From Vicugna vicugna (taxonomy: Eukaryota), in assembly GCA_013265495.1 (NCBI GenBank), contig MU058000.1, forward strand, positions 1,364,001-1,428,000: DNA of 64,000 nucleotides, in the 5' to 3' direction. The translations under genes and the position numbers were made by a program. The notes below the pieces were generated by a model. It saw only the letters and a program-made list of their open reading frames with translations, was not told the origin of the DNA and searched no databases. This document shows, one piece after another, positions 37,291 through 50,205 of the stretch (position 1 is the first letter of the stretch; every line of letters starts with the position of its first letter).

Positions 37291-40200
37291 TTTGTGGTTT
37301 TCCAGGTGATAGCTGGTTCAAGAAGGAGGAAATAAGAGTAACCCAGTGGGGCTGACTCCTCTTTCATTATGACTTATACCATCATTAAGATGCTTCCTCT
37401 ACTTCTATTCAGACCCTTGAAAAGATGCTGCAAATGATTTTTTTATTCCCCTGTTTCTCCCAGGAATTGCTTTTTTTTGAAGGATGTGACTTTTGGAAAA
37501 CCAGCTTTCTTTTCTCAAGGGATGGTAGAAAGGATGAAAGCACAATTGTCTGGTCCTTGAAAAAAATCATCATTTTTCTGGATTACTCCATCTTTAATAT
37601 AGAATTGAAAACATGGACCAGAAGCCTAGATGCTATGAACAATGGCTCATGATGTTGGCTACACCACTTTTAATTCAAAAAGCCTATAAAATGAGTTAAT
37701 CACATTAGGAAAAACATCAACTAAGGAGAAGCAAAATGATAAAAGACTATAAAGAGCTACATAATAAGAAATTAAAACTGAGAGAGACGCGTACTTTAAT
37801 GATCTCTTTCTCTTTTTCTGTAAAATTAAATTCAGGGTTTGGTAGTAGTTACAGTGACCTCAGTTTAGTCTATGCTGATCATGAACTGTGGCTATTTCAC
37901 ACCCGAGATTTGGTATATTAAAGTAAAATGAAATTGCACTAATCAGTTAACTCCGTTATACATCACCTTTACCTAGAGTGTTAAACTGCAGTGGGACTGT
38001 AAATTTAAAGGAAAGCTGTTTATCGAATAATGTTTGGTTAGAATTAAAATAAAACAAATATAAAACAAAGAGTCATGATTTGTGATTTCTGGGCTCTTTT
38101 TTTTTTATTCTAAAAGAAAAATCCAGCCCATTTCCTACTTTGTATGCAGGTGAAAGCACTCCTTCCATCGATTTCTCTTTGCTAAACCTTTTCTAGAACA
38201 AGGAAGACAAATCTCAAGGTTGGTGAGGCTCTGCTCCCTTGAGGGTCTGGTAACCATCCATCATCATCCAAACCTTCAGAACAAAGCCTTCTCAAAACAA
38301 ATGCTAATTCTCTCCTTGCTAAACTTTACTATCAATTTCCTTTCAGAAATCTCTTGGTATACCTAATCTGGCACTTTGGAAAATCCGGTATACCTATGAA
38401 GTCTGGATGAATTTTTGAGGATAAAACAGATAATTCTCTCTCCAAAGAAAAATTATCTGGTCATTTGACTATGTTTGTGCCACAGGATGCAGTCGACTCC
38501 TGTTGGCCTAGTGTGTACACAAGATTGCTGTCTGGCTCACACAGTTCTTACCTGCGACACCCTGTAATTTCAGAGAAAATCACTCAAATTAGTCACTTGA
38601 TGTCACAAAGAAAAAGCAAATTGTTGACTGCCTAAATTCTCGTTTTTCCAGCTGGCCGCTTTGGTTTCATTTATCGACAGTCATGGTGTATCATCCACTT
38701 AGGTCACCTGCTTTTCTTGATGTTGAAGAATTACGATCAGATAGCAAAATGAGGGAGGTGATAGAGGCTATTCATCTGAACCAGTTAAAATCAGTTGAAA
38801 TTGCTGCTTCCACCCACAGTTTCCATGTTTAGGAAGAAAGGCCAATCTTACTACATTTTACCCATTAAGAATTTAGAGACTCTGCAGAAAGATTGATGTA
38901 AAATAAAATGTTTAAGTACTTAACATTCCTTCACTTGGCTTATCCTTGAGTGCAAAGGTGAGTTGACTGTGTACTCCAGACCATACAGCCTAATTCAATA
39001 ATCTGAGGGTCCTCCTTTGGTGGCTGGACCTAGGGTGATAAAGTCAGCCAGACTGTAAGCTTCCTCCAGATTTATGCATCATTATACCTTTTTATTTTCA
39101 CCTTTCTTCTTTGCTTTTTATTATTTGTGATATTAATATCATATCCCATGATATCTGGAAGATGTGCAGATAGAGTTCATGGTGAGACATTTATTACCAA
39201 AAGTTCATACTACTAACATCATACCCACCAGAGAAATGTTCTAATTAGTACTTGCCACCCACCCAAGTACTGCCAGTCCTTGAATATGCTTCCAGTTTAG
39301 TTTTTCCATTACGTCTTTCTTTCTTTCATTGTCTTCTCTCTGCTCTACCTTATGTGTAGGGTTCGTCTTTCATCCTGCTGGTACCACATAGTTCAAGTGT
39401 GGAAGGCAACCCTTCTTGGTTCCATTTTAGAATGGTGGCCCCATACTGAATCCTCCTTAGACCTTCGTTCTTCTACATGGAGAAGCTACAAACGTGGTAA
39501 GTATTTAAAATGCTCATTCTTCTGTGAAGTGATTTTGCGGAATTTCTAGAGATCCTTATTTCTGTTTCCATTGATGAGGACGTTTTAAATTTACTCCTCT
39601 TGATGTGGGTAAACGCATCTCTTCTGACTGATGATTTTTTACTTCTTCTTGGACTCAAGACATTCTTTTGCCTGAGGATACATTCTCAATTCATGCAACT
39701 GTCTTGGGCAGAGTCAAAACAATTCTTCTCTGGCTACACCCTGACAATTCTGGGAATAGAGCTTGTACCCAAATCACCAACTTCTTTTCTCTGCTGTCTT
39801 TATCTTCATTATCAGGGATGCTAGGCAACCATGGTCTCTCTCCTTTTAGGTTGTCAGGTGTATTATAGTCTTCTGTAGTCTTCTGTGACTCCAAGATCCA
39901 TAGAAAATAGATAAAGCTCTCTAGGCATACCAGTGAAGCCCCCTTCCCTGGTTTTGAGAAGTTAAGATCCTTTCAGATTTCCTGCCCCCGGCAAGATTTC
40001 AGTCACAGCACCCTAACAGTTCTCTCCAAAAAATATTTTCTTTACGTTCATCTCTTGCTTTTTCAGATTCTTTAAAAGGTGGATGCAAGTGTCCAGGTAA
40101 GGGTTAAAAGCTGGCTTTTTATTGTCTCTTTTACTTGAAGGTCTTGTATTTTGGAATTTGGTGGTAATTAATACCTATGATCTATGATCTCAGTTAAAGC

Positions 40201-40527
40201 TGCTTCCAAAGAAGTCCATGCTCACATCCTGTAGAACATATAAAATAAAACAAGAGCTATTCAGATAAGACCATAGCTGGTTCTCTTAGACATATCTCTT
40301 CTGAAACCTTTCATCTTTCTTTATGATAAAACTTGGTAATAAAGATAGTGAACTTTTTATATTTGTATTTTTCATATGGCAATTCATAAATGAACTTAAG
40401 TAAGTTAATAGGACTTAACTATATGTTGCTCTAGTTCAATGGTATGAGTGCAGCCATTTTTATCTATTGCTGTTGTCCACTTTTGAAAGCCCCAAGTAAA
40501 GCATCTGGATTGGATGAAATGCAGCTG

Positions 40528-41152
40528 ACTTGAATACAAGCTCCTCATGGGCAGGGATGGTACCAGCCACCTCCTGCCCCCCATCTCATACCTTTCTGGC
40601 TCATGCTTTCACTCCAGCCATGGCCGTGGCACACAGGTGTATGCAGGCAAAGGATGACAGCACCTTGCCCTAGTGACACTCCAAATCTCTTGCTTTTGGC
40701 TCTGGATTTCCTCTGCAACTTCCAAGCAGGATGCCTGTAGGAATCTGCTTAGCCATCTGACACATGCAAAGGACAGTTAAGTTTCCATGGGATAACCCTC
40801 AGGATGAGAATTGCTCTTCTCTGTCTCAGGTGAACAATTCTGAGGTGCTCATACATGGCTCCTCAGAAGATCCCTGGTGGAATTGTGTTCCAGTTGTTCA
40901 CAGAGGTAATCAATCCAATGATGCAATTTTAAATTAACTTTCCCTCCTGCTCTGTGTTGCTCTTCCAGTGCCCGACTCCAGTTACTTGGGTTCATTTCCA
41001 AAATTAAACTTCGTGTGTTAAACTCAGGACCTTCTGTGGAGGACCTAGGCCAAGACAATAATTTCTGTTTCTCTGTTTACTGAAGGATTCCAAACACTTA
41101 TAACAATACCTGGAACATAGTAAGTACTCAACAAAATGTTGAATGAGTGATA
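40528..41152 (+). mobile_element. L2 3' end split by an LTR16 insertion
   Basis: Left 'ttgaatacaagctcctcatgggcaggga' and right 'aacaatacctggaacatagtaagtactcaacaaaatgttgaatgagtga' are near-contiguous in the L2 consensus. Confidence 0.7.
40558..41057 (+). mobile_element. ERVL solo LTR (LTR16-like)
   Basis: TG...CA ends; 'acaattctgaggtg...ctcctcagaagatccctggtggaattgtgttccagttg'; terminus 'ggacctaggccaagaca'. Confidence 0.75.
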
Positions 41153-41983
41153 AAACAGTGTCCAGAGGATGGACAAGATAAACGCCATTCCTTGCAGAAT
41201 GCAGGCTTAAGAACATTTACTCCTCTGTGGGCTGTGCTGCTTCTTAAGGTTGATCATAATTAATAGGTACCATCAATGTCTTTCTGATATATTGTCTGAA
41301 ACCTGCTGCATGGCTCTTCTCAAAAAGAGGGAGTTGCCTCTTCACTCTAACAACAGAATCTCCAGGAAAATGATGTTTCACCAGGTGAATTATAGCAGCC
41401 TAACATGGAGTCTGGCGTGATGCATTGTTCTTTGCTCATAAATAATGCAAAGAGGATAGCACGCAAAGATAAAGGCCAGTGATTTATTCCACATAACCTT
41501 TATGTAAACCTCATAAATTGTGCACAGTGAAGTCTGGGAATGTGACAGTGGCTGTGGCATGGGATCGTGTTGACAATGGCAAGCATTTCATGTGACGAGA
41601 ACGAGAGAATGAAGACTGTGCTCTTTCTCACACCTCGTGTGCTCCCTTATCAGGGAAAAATGGAGGAAACTAGTATTTTCAGAATAAAGCAGAAGACTCA
41701 AGAAATAACAACAAATATTGATAGAAAAAAACCAGTACTACAAAAATCACATTATATAAGGTCTCATTATGAATAAAGTCATTTTCACGAGGTTTTATTG
41801 TGCCAAATTATAGAAATTACACACAGACACACGCACACACTTACATGTTTGCACAATATCCTGATGACATCGGAAATGCTTATCCATTTCTAGCCAAATG
41901 ACTTTCCAAGAGTGGGATTTAAAACCTTTTAGTGTTTATTTTAATTGTCTTGATTGGGAAGGAAAGACCCATTGGCAAGGAGA

Positions 41984-42132
41984 TTTATTTATTTATTTTT
42001 GTTTTTGGGGGGAGAGAGATAATTAGGTTGGTTTATTTATTTATTATTTCTTTTAGAGGAGGTGGTGGGGATTGAACCCAGGACCTTGTGCATGCTAAGC
42101 ACACACTCTACCACTGAGCTATGTCCTCCCCC
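41984..42132 (-). mobile_element. tRNA-Ala-derived camelid SINE (Vic-1-type)
   Basis: Minus strand: gggggaggacatagctcagtggtagagtgtgtgcttagcatgcacaaggtcctgggttcaatccccaccacctcc plus AT-rich/(AAAT)n tail; degenerate TSD caaggagattta / ccaggagtttta. Confidence 0.88.
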
Positions 42133-43299
42133 ACCAGGAGTTTTAAATAAAGGCTTGAGTTGTAATAATTCAGTCTTCACTCTACTTCACTTACCATAGA
42201 AAGTCATCATGTGTAGTAAAAAACAGGGCTTAGAGAAATCATAATGTTTTCTGTAAGGAAGAGGTAAAATCTTAAAAATAATGAGCTGGTAAATAATTTA
42301 ATAAGATAAAGCTGAATGAGAACTAGAACATAAAGAATTGATTCCAAAAGAGGGAGGGGGGTTATAGAAAAACAAAAGCAAAATCCAAAACAAACCCCAC
42401 TTGCCACAGCATCGGTTCAGTATTGCAGTGTTGACTGCTTTCTTAAAGCGCTGAGGATCATAACACGAAGTAATGTCACCAGAAATGTGCAGGACTTAGT
42501 CTGCTTTCCCCTTAACTCTGCTATGCAACTTCCTTCCATGAAAATTTCTTTCTCTTTTCTTCTGAAGTTCCAAAATCGTTGAAGGAATTAAAGGAGATCG
42601 TAGAGATGCAGAATTAGCTAAATAGACAAAGATAATATTGTTAATTATTTCTATCATCATTTGGCAAAGGTTAACCTTTACACTTACTGTTATTTGCTTC
42701 TAAATAAAAATGCTGACTCTAGCAAGCAAAGCAGAAGCAAAAGCACTGCAGTTTCATCTGTTGCCTTGACCTTAAAAGGGAGGCTGTTCACACAACGAGC
42801 ACGGAATGCTTTGTTTCTTCTTTTGATTGGTACCTGGAATCAGATTTTGCTTTAGGCTTTTTCCCACTACAAACATTATTTTTCTAATTAAGAGAAAACA
42901 TGAGGGCAACATTAAGAATGGGAAGCATCAATATTAGAAATTCAATTTCTTAGTCATAAGCCTGTGCAGTTATAAAGCAGCTACACAGTTTAGCTATCCT
43001 TGATATAAACATACAAGTTATAAAAAGAAAGTACAGCTTCCAAGTCCCTTAAAAAAAGAGAGCTTGCAGCGTGACCCTCTTATAGGCTAAGTTTTTAGAG
43101 TTATGTGCCAAAATAGTTTAGATATAGCTCTTTATAAATACACTGTAATTTGCAAGTGAAGAAAATTCCCAAAACAAACGTAGAATTAAAAAGATGAATA
43201 CTTTTCTTGGGGAATGAAATAAGCAGTGAAGATGTGTGAGCAAATTCAGGTCTCCTGCAGCAGACATTAAAGCACTATCCACTGTTCTTAGCAACCCCC

Positions 43300-43460
43300 C
43301 AGATTCAATTTAACAAGTCATTGTCTCAGCAAGAGTATTTGTTGTGTGCATGCTATGCACTCAATCCTATGAGAGGGATGTGGGAAAAGCTAATATAATA
43401 TGTAGTCTGGATTCTAAAGAGAACAAAAAAAAATCTAGTTAGGGATTTAAGATAAATATT
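43300..43460 (-). mobile_element. L2 3' fragment
   Basis: 'cagcaagagtatttgttgtgtgcatgctatgcactcaatcctatgagaggga'. Confidence 0.45.
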
Positions 43461-43562
43461 AGTCAAATAACAAATAATGTTTAAATATTACCTCTCATGT
43501 GGATTAATGACGTATCCATTTTCCCCCTAGTCTCTTTTCAACCAGTTGTCAAACTTCAGTGA

Positions 43563-43940
43563 TATTATGGACTGTGTGTTTGTGTCCCCCTAAATTTCAT
43601 ATGTTGAAACCCTACCCACCTTGGAATGGTATTAGCAGGTGGGGCCTTTGGGAAGTAATTAGCTTAAGAGGGTGAAGCCTTCACGACGGGATTAGTGCCC
43701 TCCCTTACAAGAAGAGACTTGAGAAGCAGAGAGAGACGGCGCTTCCTCCATGTCTCCTCTCTGCCATGTGGTGACACCGCAGTCTTGCCTGCCAACCGGG
43801 AAGAGTGCCTTTACCAGACGCTGGATCTTCGCACTTTGACCTTGGGCTTCTCAGTGCCCAGCACAGTGAGGGATAAATGTTTGTTGTTAAGTCACCCAGT
43901 CTATGGTGTCTTGATATAGCAGCCCAAACTGACTTAGACA
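43563..43940 (+). mobile_element. MaLR solo LTR (MLT1A0-like)
   Basis: 'atggactgtgtgtttgtgtccccc...tcatatgttgaaaccc...gcagcccaaactgacttagaca'; 5-bp TSD agtga/ggtga. Confidence 0.9.
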
Positions 43941-44074
43941 GGTGATATTGCTCTTTACATTTAAAAAAATAATTTCTCAAGTGTGTTTTTTTAAAAATAA
44001 CTTTCACTTCTGATAGGTGCATAATAACCCTACTCATTGTGATCAGATAAATAATTAGGGGGGTCGTGGTCTTC

Positions 44075-44570
44075 TGTTGGGAGGCAGTACTCCATAGGTC
44101 TCCTACTTTTCTGCACGTCTTTAGAGCGGACTATCTTTGTTGCAGACTGTTTTTCCAAGAATGTTTGTGCAGTGAACATCATTGATTAATAAGACAGAAT
44201 CTCCCTCCAGAGCCAGTGAAAGCCTGCTTACTGTAGGTTAAAATAAAGACGGTCGCTTCCTTCGGGGCAAAATGCAGGCATGCGTACTGTCCAGCAGAAA
44301 AGATTTGAGTTCCATAAGCATGGGTTCCTCTCCTGTAATGCAGCCCGTTATGAGAGTGGGTGTCAGACTGGCCCTGTGTGCATGGCTCTGTTGGAATTTG
44401 GGCTCAGAGAAGCAGCAACAGTGCTAATCTTCTAGCTACCGCTCTTCCTGTGAGTAACAAAGTCCTTGTTCTCTGGCCCGGAGGTCTCATGTCTTCTACC
44501 TGTACCCAAGGCAGGTAAGACCTTACTGCGACAAGTAACTCGTTAGCTCAGACCTTCACAACTCTTTGCA
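44075..44570 (+). mobile_element. ERVL solo LTR (LTR40-like)
   Basis: 'tgttgggaggcagtactccataggtctc...ttctgcacgtct' to 'ctcagaccttcacaactctttgca'; TSD tcttc/tcttg. Confidence 0.8.
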
Positions 44571-47189
44571 TCTTGCCCCTCTCTCGTCTTTTTTTTTTTT
44601 TTTTTTAAGTTTCATTTGGCTGTCCATTTATCTGATGAAGGAAAGGACAAAAAATCACTTGGTTGATTCTTGGAAGAAAGATAATTGGAGTAGTAGAAAA
44701 ATTACCCTTCCGAAGAGGCAGTCTGTGAAAGGGACAAGAGAGAAGACTGAGGGACCAATGGGATGCAGAAGAGGGACATGTGACACATGTGGATGTTCAA
44801 CACCATGGCCCATCTTTCCTGTCTTCATTGTCATTATTTATATATGTGCATTCTTGAATACTTTTAAACTGATTTATGTGGCACAGTTTCATTTTACTCA
44901 GACTATTCCCAAATATAATTTCTTTATTATTCTATAATTCATCTTCCTTTCTCACTTTTGCCCCATCCCTGCCCCAGTCCCTGAATCCTCTCTGAGGGCA
45001 CCTGAGCATGTGATTACATGCAGACCTTCTGCTAGTGAAGACTAAGTTTAATTCTGTCTGGTCCAATAATTCCAAGTACTTCTTTTGATGGCTCAGAAGC
45101 TTCAGTAAAGTGCTTGTTCCTTTCCTTCTTCTCCTTTTAGTGGCACCTGGTTTTACAAAGTGTTTACTGCATTCTTGTTCTGCTGAGGGAGGTATGAATT
45201 CACAGATTACTGGTATCTATACAGTGTCTTCTGATCTTGGTGTTCTCTGCTGTCCAGTGACTAGTCTGATCTTCTCCCTAGACTGGTCCCTGCTAAGTTA
45301 AACTGGTCCTGTCTGGCTTTTCGTGTGTGTTATGCTGGCACATAGCTCCTAATCTGTGTCCTATTAGCTATCAGTGTTCAGGTCCCTGCACAGAGAAGGA
45401 CTTCTCCTGAACACTCCGTGTCCCATCCCAGTCTGCAGGATCCTCTGGGTTCTCTGAGCACCTATAAACAGACCATGGGCTACTTTAGGTTTATCTACTT
45501 GGCTTTTTTGGTCCTATTTATCTTACTCTATTTTCTGAGTTAAAGTTAGGTGCTTAGCCTTTCCCATATTATACCCAGGAGACAACCACTGCCCCTGATT
45601 ATTTTTGGTTTACCAAAATTTATCTGGATATCTTGTTTATTTTTTATACGCAACAGGCAACACCCCCACCCCAACCCAAGACCTAACCCAACAAGGGGAA
45701 AATAAACAATCTTTCTAAGATGAAAGAAACACACACTCCCATACCCAAGTCTATGATCTAAGTGTGAATTTTATATGTTAATGATTGTTAAGGGAATGTA
45801 AATATTTTTGTTTTTTGTTCTCCTCAAAGTTTAACTCTCAAGGCTATTATTTTGTTTCACAGCTAACATTTTTGTATTAAAAACATGAAATACTCTTTCT
45901 GCATTTTTCTCCTTTAAGTTTTAATTCTCTACTTCCATGTTCTTCCAACCTCACTCGACCCCTCAAGGTAGAGAAGCAGACCTGAATGACTAAAGACACA
46001 GTCTTGTGTATTAAAATGCGAAGAGAAAGGTAATGTATTTCACAAAGCATTACTCTCATTACAACAGTTTATTTCCTAATCTCCTTGCAATTGCTTCCCT
46101 CAGTGCTTTCCTCACGCTCTTTTCATTAACCTGTAAAGCTTCCACACAATTCTTTTAACCTATCCAACATCCATGCATGTTTTAAAGTCTGGACTCAATC
46201 CTTTACTCTAGAAAGACTTTTCTTACCATCAAGGTTGTATTCCTTTTATTCATAAAACGTCAGCCCCCCACTGCCCGGTGGCTTTAAAATCGTTTTCTTT
46301 AGGGTGCTCAATTTATAAGGATTTGCTTTGCAAGCCACCTAAGCTTTTAATTCTCATTTCAACCATAGCATCTCTAATTTTATTTGATATGTATTGGTAA
46401 GTTATTTTATTTGTAGAAATAAAATAGTTCAAGGGTAAAAAAAGAAATTATTAAAAAAGTTTCTGGAACATTTATCATGAATTTTATAATTAACACTTGG
46501 TAACCTTAAAATGATTCAGTGGTTTTTTTAGGTCTCATTTAAGCCATATGTGCTATGTCTTGTGTTAATTATATTATAGATTCTTTGAAGACAGTGGATA
46601 TGTTTTATCCTTCTATGTTTCCTCTACACCTTCCAGTCTGCACACAAACATACAAGTTGGTAAATAGTTGCGGTTTTGATTGGCATCGCTATGATCAAAT
46701 TCTATAGTGATGCAGGAAATAAAACCGTTGGGCTATTCATGCAGAGCCTTATTGATTAGATGGGGCTCCATCTAGGCCTTCAAGGATGAATAATGTTTAA
46801 AAAGATAACTGGGAAGAGGAGAAAAATTTATAAAGTGTGACAGCCTGAAAAAAGTTTTGGAGTTTGGAAAAAAAAAATCAATGGTCTCAGTTTTTGCATT
46901 TTATAACATGTGTCTGGTTAGGATCCATCCCAGACTCTTTAGCATAAGCAAATCTTCTCTGGACAATAAAGGGCTATATAAGAAGCAGGTTAATACACAA
47001 GGCACACACCATTAAAAACTCTCTTAAGTATCTGCTGTTTAAAGGCCAAACATGTTATTTTGTTCAAAACTGTCATGCATGGATGAACTAATGTTCCTGT
47101 AATTAGCAAAGCCACCTTTTCATTGTATAAAAATGACAATGCATATTTTTACTTGTGCCAGGTACCCATAATGATAACTTTTAAAAATA

Positions 47190-47362
47190 CAGCACTTTAG
47201 AACAGAAAGGATCTTTGAAAATAAAGTTCAGTCCCTTACTTAAATAGATATTGGAAGCTGAGGCTTATAAATGGGAAGTGAATTCTCCAAGGTCACATGA
47301 CTTGTAGACAGCAGAGCCGGGACTCAACTCGGGTCGCTTGATCCTCCAGACCTACACTCTTG
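47190..47362 (-). mobile_element. MIR SINE
   Basis: 'ggaagctgaggcttataaatgggaagtgaattctccaaggtcacatgacttgtagacagcagagccgggactcaactc'. Confidence 0.8.
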
Positions 47363-48616
47363 CGCCTCTGAAGGAGATCTGCCTCTCCAACAGAGAAGAA
47401 TTATGGAATAAAATGGGAGGGTTCGGCATTTTGAAACACATGATGGTCTCAACACACTACGACAATACCATTGTCCTCAGGAAATTAAAAAGCAATTTTG
47501 AGAAATGAAATGGGTCAAATGAGCTGTCACTGAAACTAAAGGCAGTGGATCAACCAGTAAATCAGTAACTGCTTCCTGTGCTTGAGATTTCCATCCCCTC
47601 AGGGTGGGAGACAAACCAACAAATAAATTTAAAAGGATTTCCACTGAGTGTTTCTCATGAAACTCTGAAGACATTTATACTACACGCTCTACACCCTTAA
47701 TTTCCAGTGCAAAAACTTTAGAAAGGCATTCAGGGGTCTCATTTTTAAAGAGGGTTATTTTCTATCATATTTTAAAAAAATATTATAAAGGCTTTAGCAG
47801 GAGGAGTCTAATAATTCTCTCAGCTGAATTGAGAGGCTCAGATATTTTTATAATGAGCATTAAAATTTCCTTGTTCTGTCTTACCTTATTGATGATCGAC
47901 TGCCATTGCTGTCTTTCTTAGGATTCCAGGGGAGAAAATCAGCCAACAAGATATAGTAGCTTTATTTTAACTTGGCTTCATATGCAATTTTAATGACAGT
48001 TTTACATACATTACTCAACCAGTCCCCAGAACATTCAGAGGTCAAATTAGTATTTAAACAGACATTCTAAATGGAAATGAGTGTCCAGTCGTTTATTTAT
48101 GATCAGTTTGATAGAACAGCAACTCTCCAAATCATCTCAGAGTGTTAGGAGCCTGGAAAATCAACAGCAAGCATTGATTTCTTTGCCTACTTGATTTTAG
48201 CAATTGAACTTCAATTGCATGAAAACTCAGGCAAGAAAGATCTTTTGTGTTATTTTAGTCAGTCTCATCTGCACTGGTCAATGCAAATTGCTCACATCTA
48301 GGGATGTTATTTTGGCTTTGGTTGAAAACACCTCCAATTCAGTTGCAGGTTCCTGAAAAGGTTATCTTGTGTCTTCATTGAACCTGGTTAAGTGCTATAT
48401 GAACCTTAGATTCAAAAGTAGTAAACCTTGAATTCCAAGCAGGTAGCAGATAAGAGATGATGAGATTGCTGTTGACTTTATGCTCTCTGATTTCCAGAAT
48501 TATTTTGCACAATATCTAAGTAAGTGAGCATTTCACAATTACCTACTGCTATACTGAGCAAATCTTATCTCATGATGATGACTCACAGTGCAGTAAAGTA
48601 CCAATTGTCAGAGGTA

Positions 48617-49110
48617 TATGGTGGGTGGGTACAAATAGGGCTTCCCAAAGATGTCCACATCCTGTTTCCCTGAACCTGTGAATATGTGCTGTTACATGGA
48701 AAGAAGAAGTTAGCAATTGAACTTCAATTAAGGTTAGTGATCAGGTAACCTCAAAATAGGGAGACCATCCTGATTGTCTGTGTAGCCACATGGAACTTTA
48801 AAAGATAAGAAGGGAAGCTGAAGGGTCAGCATCAGAGTGATGCAATGTGCGAAAGACTTGACCAGCTAGTGGTGGCTTTGATAAAACAAGAAGGGCCCAC
48901 AAGCCAAGGAATGTGGACAGCCTAGAAATGGAAAAGGCAAGAAAACAGATTATCCCTTAGAGCCTCCAGAAGGAAGGCAGTCCTGCCAACACCTTGATTT
49001 TAGCCCACTGAGACCCTTTCTAGAATTTTGACCTCCACACTATAAAGTAATAAATTATTGTTGTTTTGAACTACCAAGGTTGCAGTAATTTGTTTCAGTA
49101 CCAATAGGAA
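48617..49110 (+). mobile_element. MaLR solo LTR (MLT1D-like)
   Basis: 'cccaaagatgtccacatcc...gaacctgtgaatatg...aagccaaggaatgtggacagcc...agagcctccagaaggaa...caccttgattttagccc'. Confidence 0.88.
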
Positions 49111-49184
49111 TGCAGGATATTTGGACTCCACTTAACTGGATTGGCTTATAGTGAGTGGATGTGTGTGTGCGTGCGCTATAAGGT

Positions 49185-49560
49185 GACTTTTCATTTATTC
49201 ATTTTAATTCTGAATAATATTTTGTGAATATACCACAATTTATTATAATGTATTTATCTGCTCTTTTGTTTATGGAGACTTGTATGCTTTCCATGGTTTG
49301 CTATTACAAACTTCTTATGATAACCTCCTGTACTCGCTTCCTTGTAATTTTATATGAGTGTTTTCCTTGGGTATAGACTTAGACATAGAATTACTGGGAT
49401 GTATGAAATGCCCATTTTCAACTCAAACAGATATTGATAAACTGATACATTTACACAACCACAAGCAGTAAAAGTTTGAATATCTCTGTGTCCTTGCCAC
49501 ATTCTTTATTGAGTTGATCTTATGGGTATTATAAGTTATAACAGGTGGTATTAATTATAT
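49185..49560 (-). mobile_element. Old L1 (L1ME-like) 3' fragment
   Basis: 'tcatttattcattttaattctgaataatattttgtgaatataccacaattta...ttagacatagaattactggg'. Confidence 0.65.
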
Positions 49561-49599
49561 TAAAAGTCATCTAACTTCTGACAGGTAGTAATAATTTTA

Positions 49600-49900
49600 A
49601 AGGCTTCGCTTAGAGGTCAACAGTGGCTTCTTATTGCTTCCAGAATGAGACGTAAGATTGCTAACATGGTGTGAGTACTTGGCCTGACCTGTTTCTCCAG
49701 GCTCACTTCTCCTCACACCCTGTTTTTCTCTTTAAGGTTCAGTTATGCTAAGTAGCTTGTACCTCTATGCACATAAAATGCAGATTTTTGACTTTAAAAT
49801 TATCTTTATTTCTATCTTCCACCTGGAGTTCAAATCATTTCCATTCCTTCTGGCTAATTCCTTTTCCTACTCTGAAACTCTTACGAGAATACATATTTAC
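49600..49900 (+). mobile_element. L2 fragment
   Basis: 'caacagtggcttcttattgcttccagaatgag...tggcctgacctgtttctccaggctcacttctc'. Confidence 0.55.
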
Positions 49901-50205
49901 CCCAAAACTCTTAACAACTTTTCTTTGGATTCTTTGCCCTTCTTTTGGTTCTCATCATAATGCATCTTCATGTTAAAATGTGTTTTTTATTACATAGATA
50001 ATCTAGGCTCCTGGGTCAAATCTCCAAAGTATGAAAAGATATAAAGCAAGAAACTCTGCCCCCCATAAAAATGCCTCTCAACTGCTCCATTTCCTCTCCC
50101 CTTAAAGATGACAATTATTAAGTTCTTGTTTAACCTTACAGAAAAGTGCATACATGCAAGCCAATGCAACACACACACATGTGTGAGTATGTTGTTTTCT
50201 TCTCG

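Noticed and set aside
39473..39894. Overlapping short ORFs on both strands as a pseudogene or transposase remnant
   Set aside because: No recognisable protein motif in any frame.
42057..42132. tRNA-Ala(AGC) gene
   Set aside because: The acceptor stem is disrupted and it carries a SINE tail and TSD; it is a SINE head.
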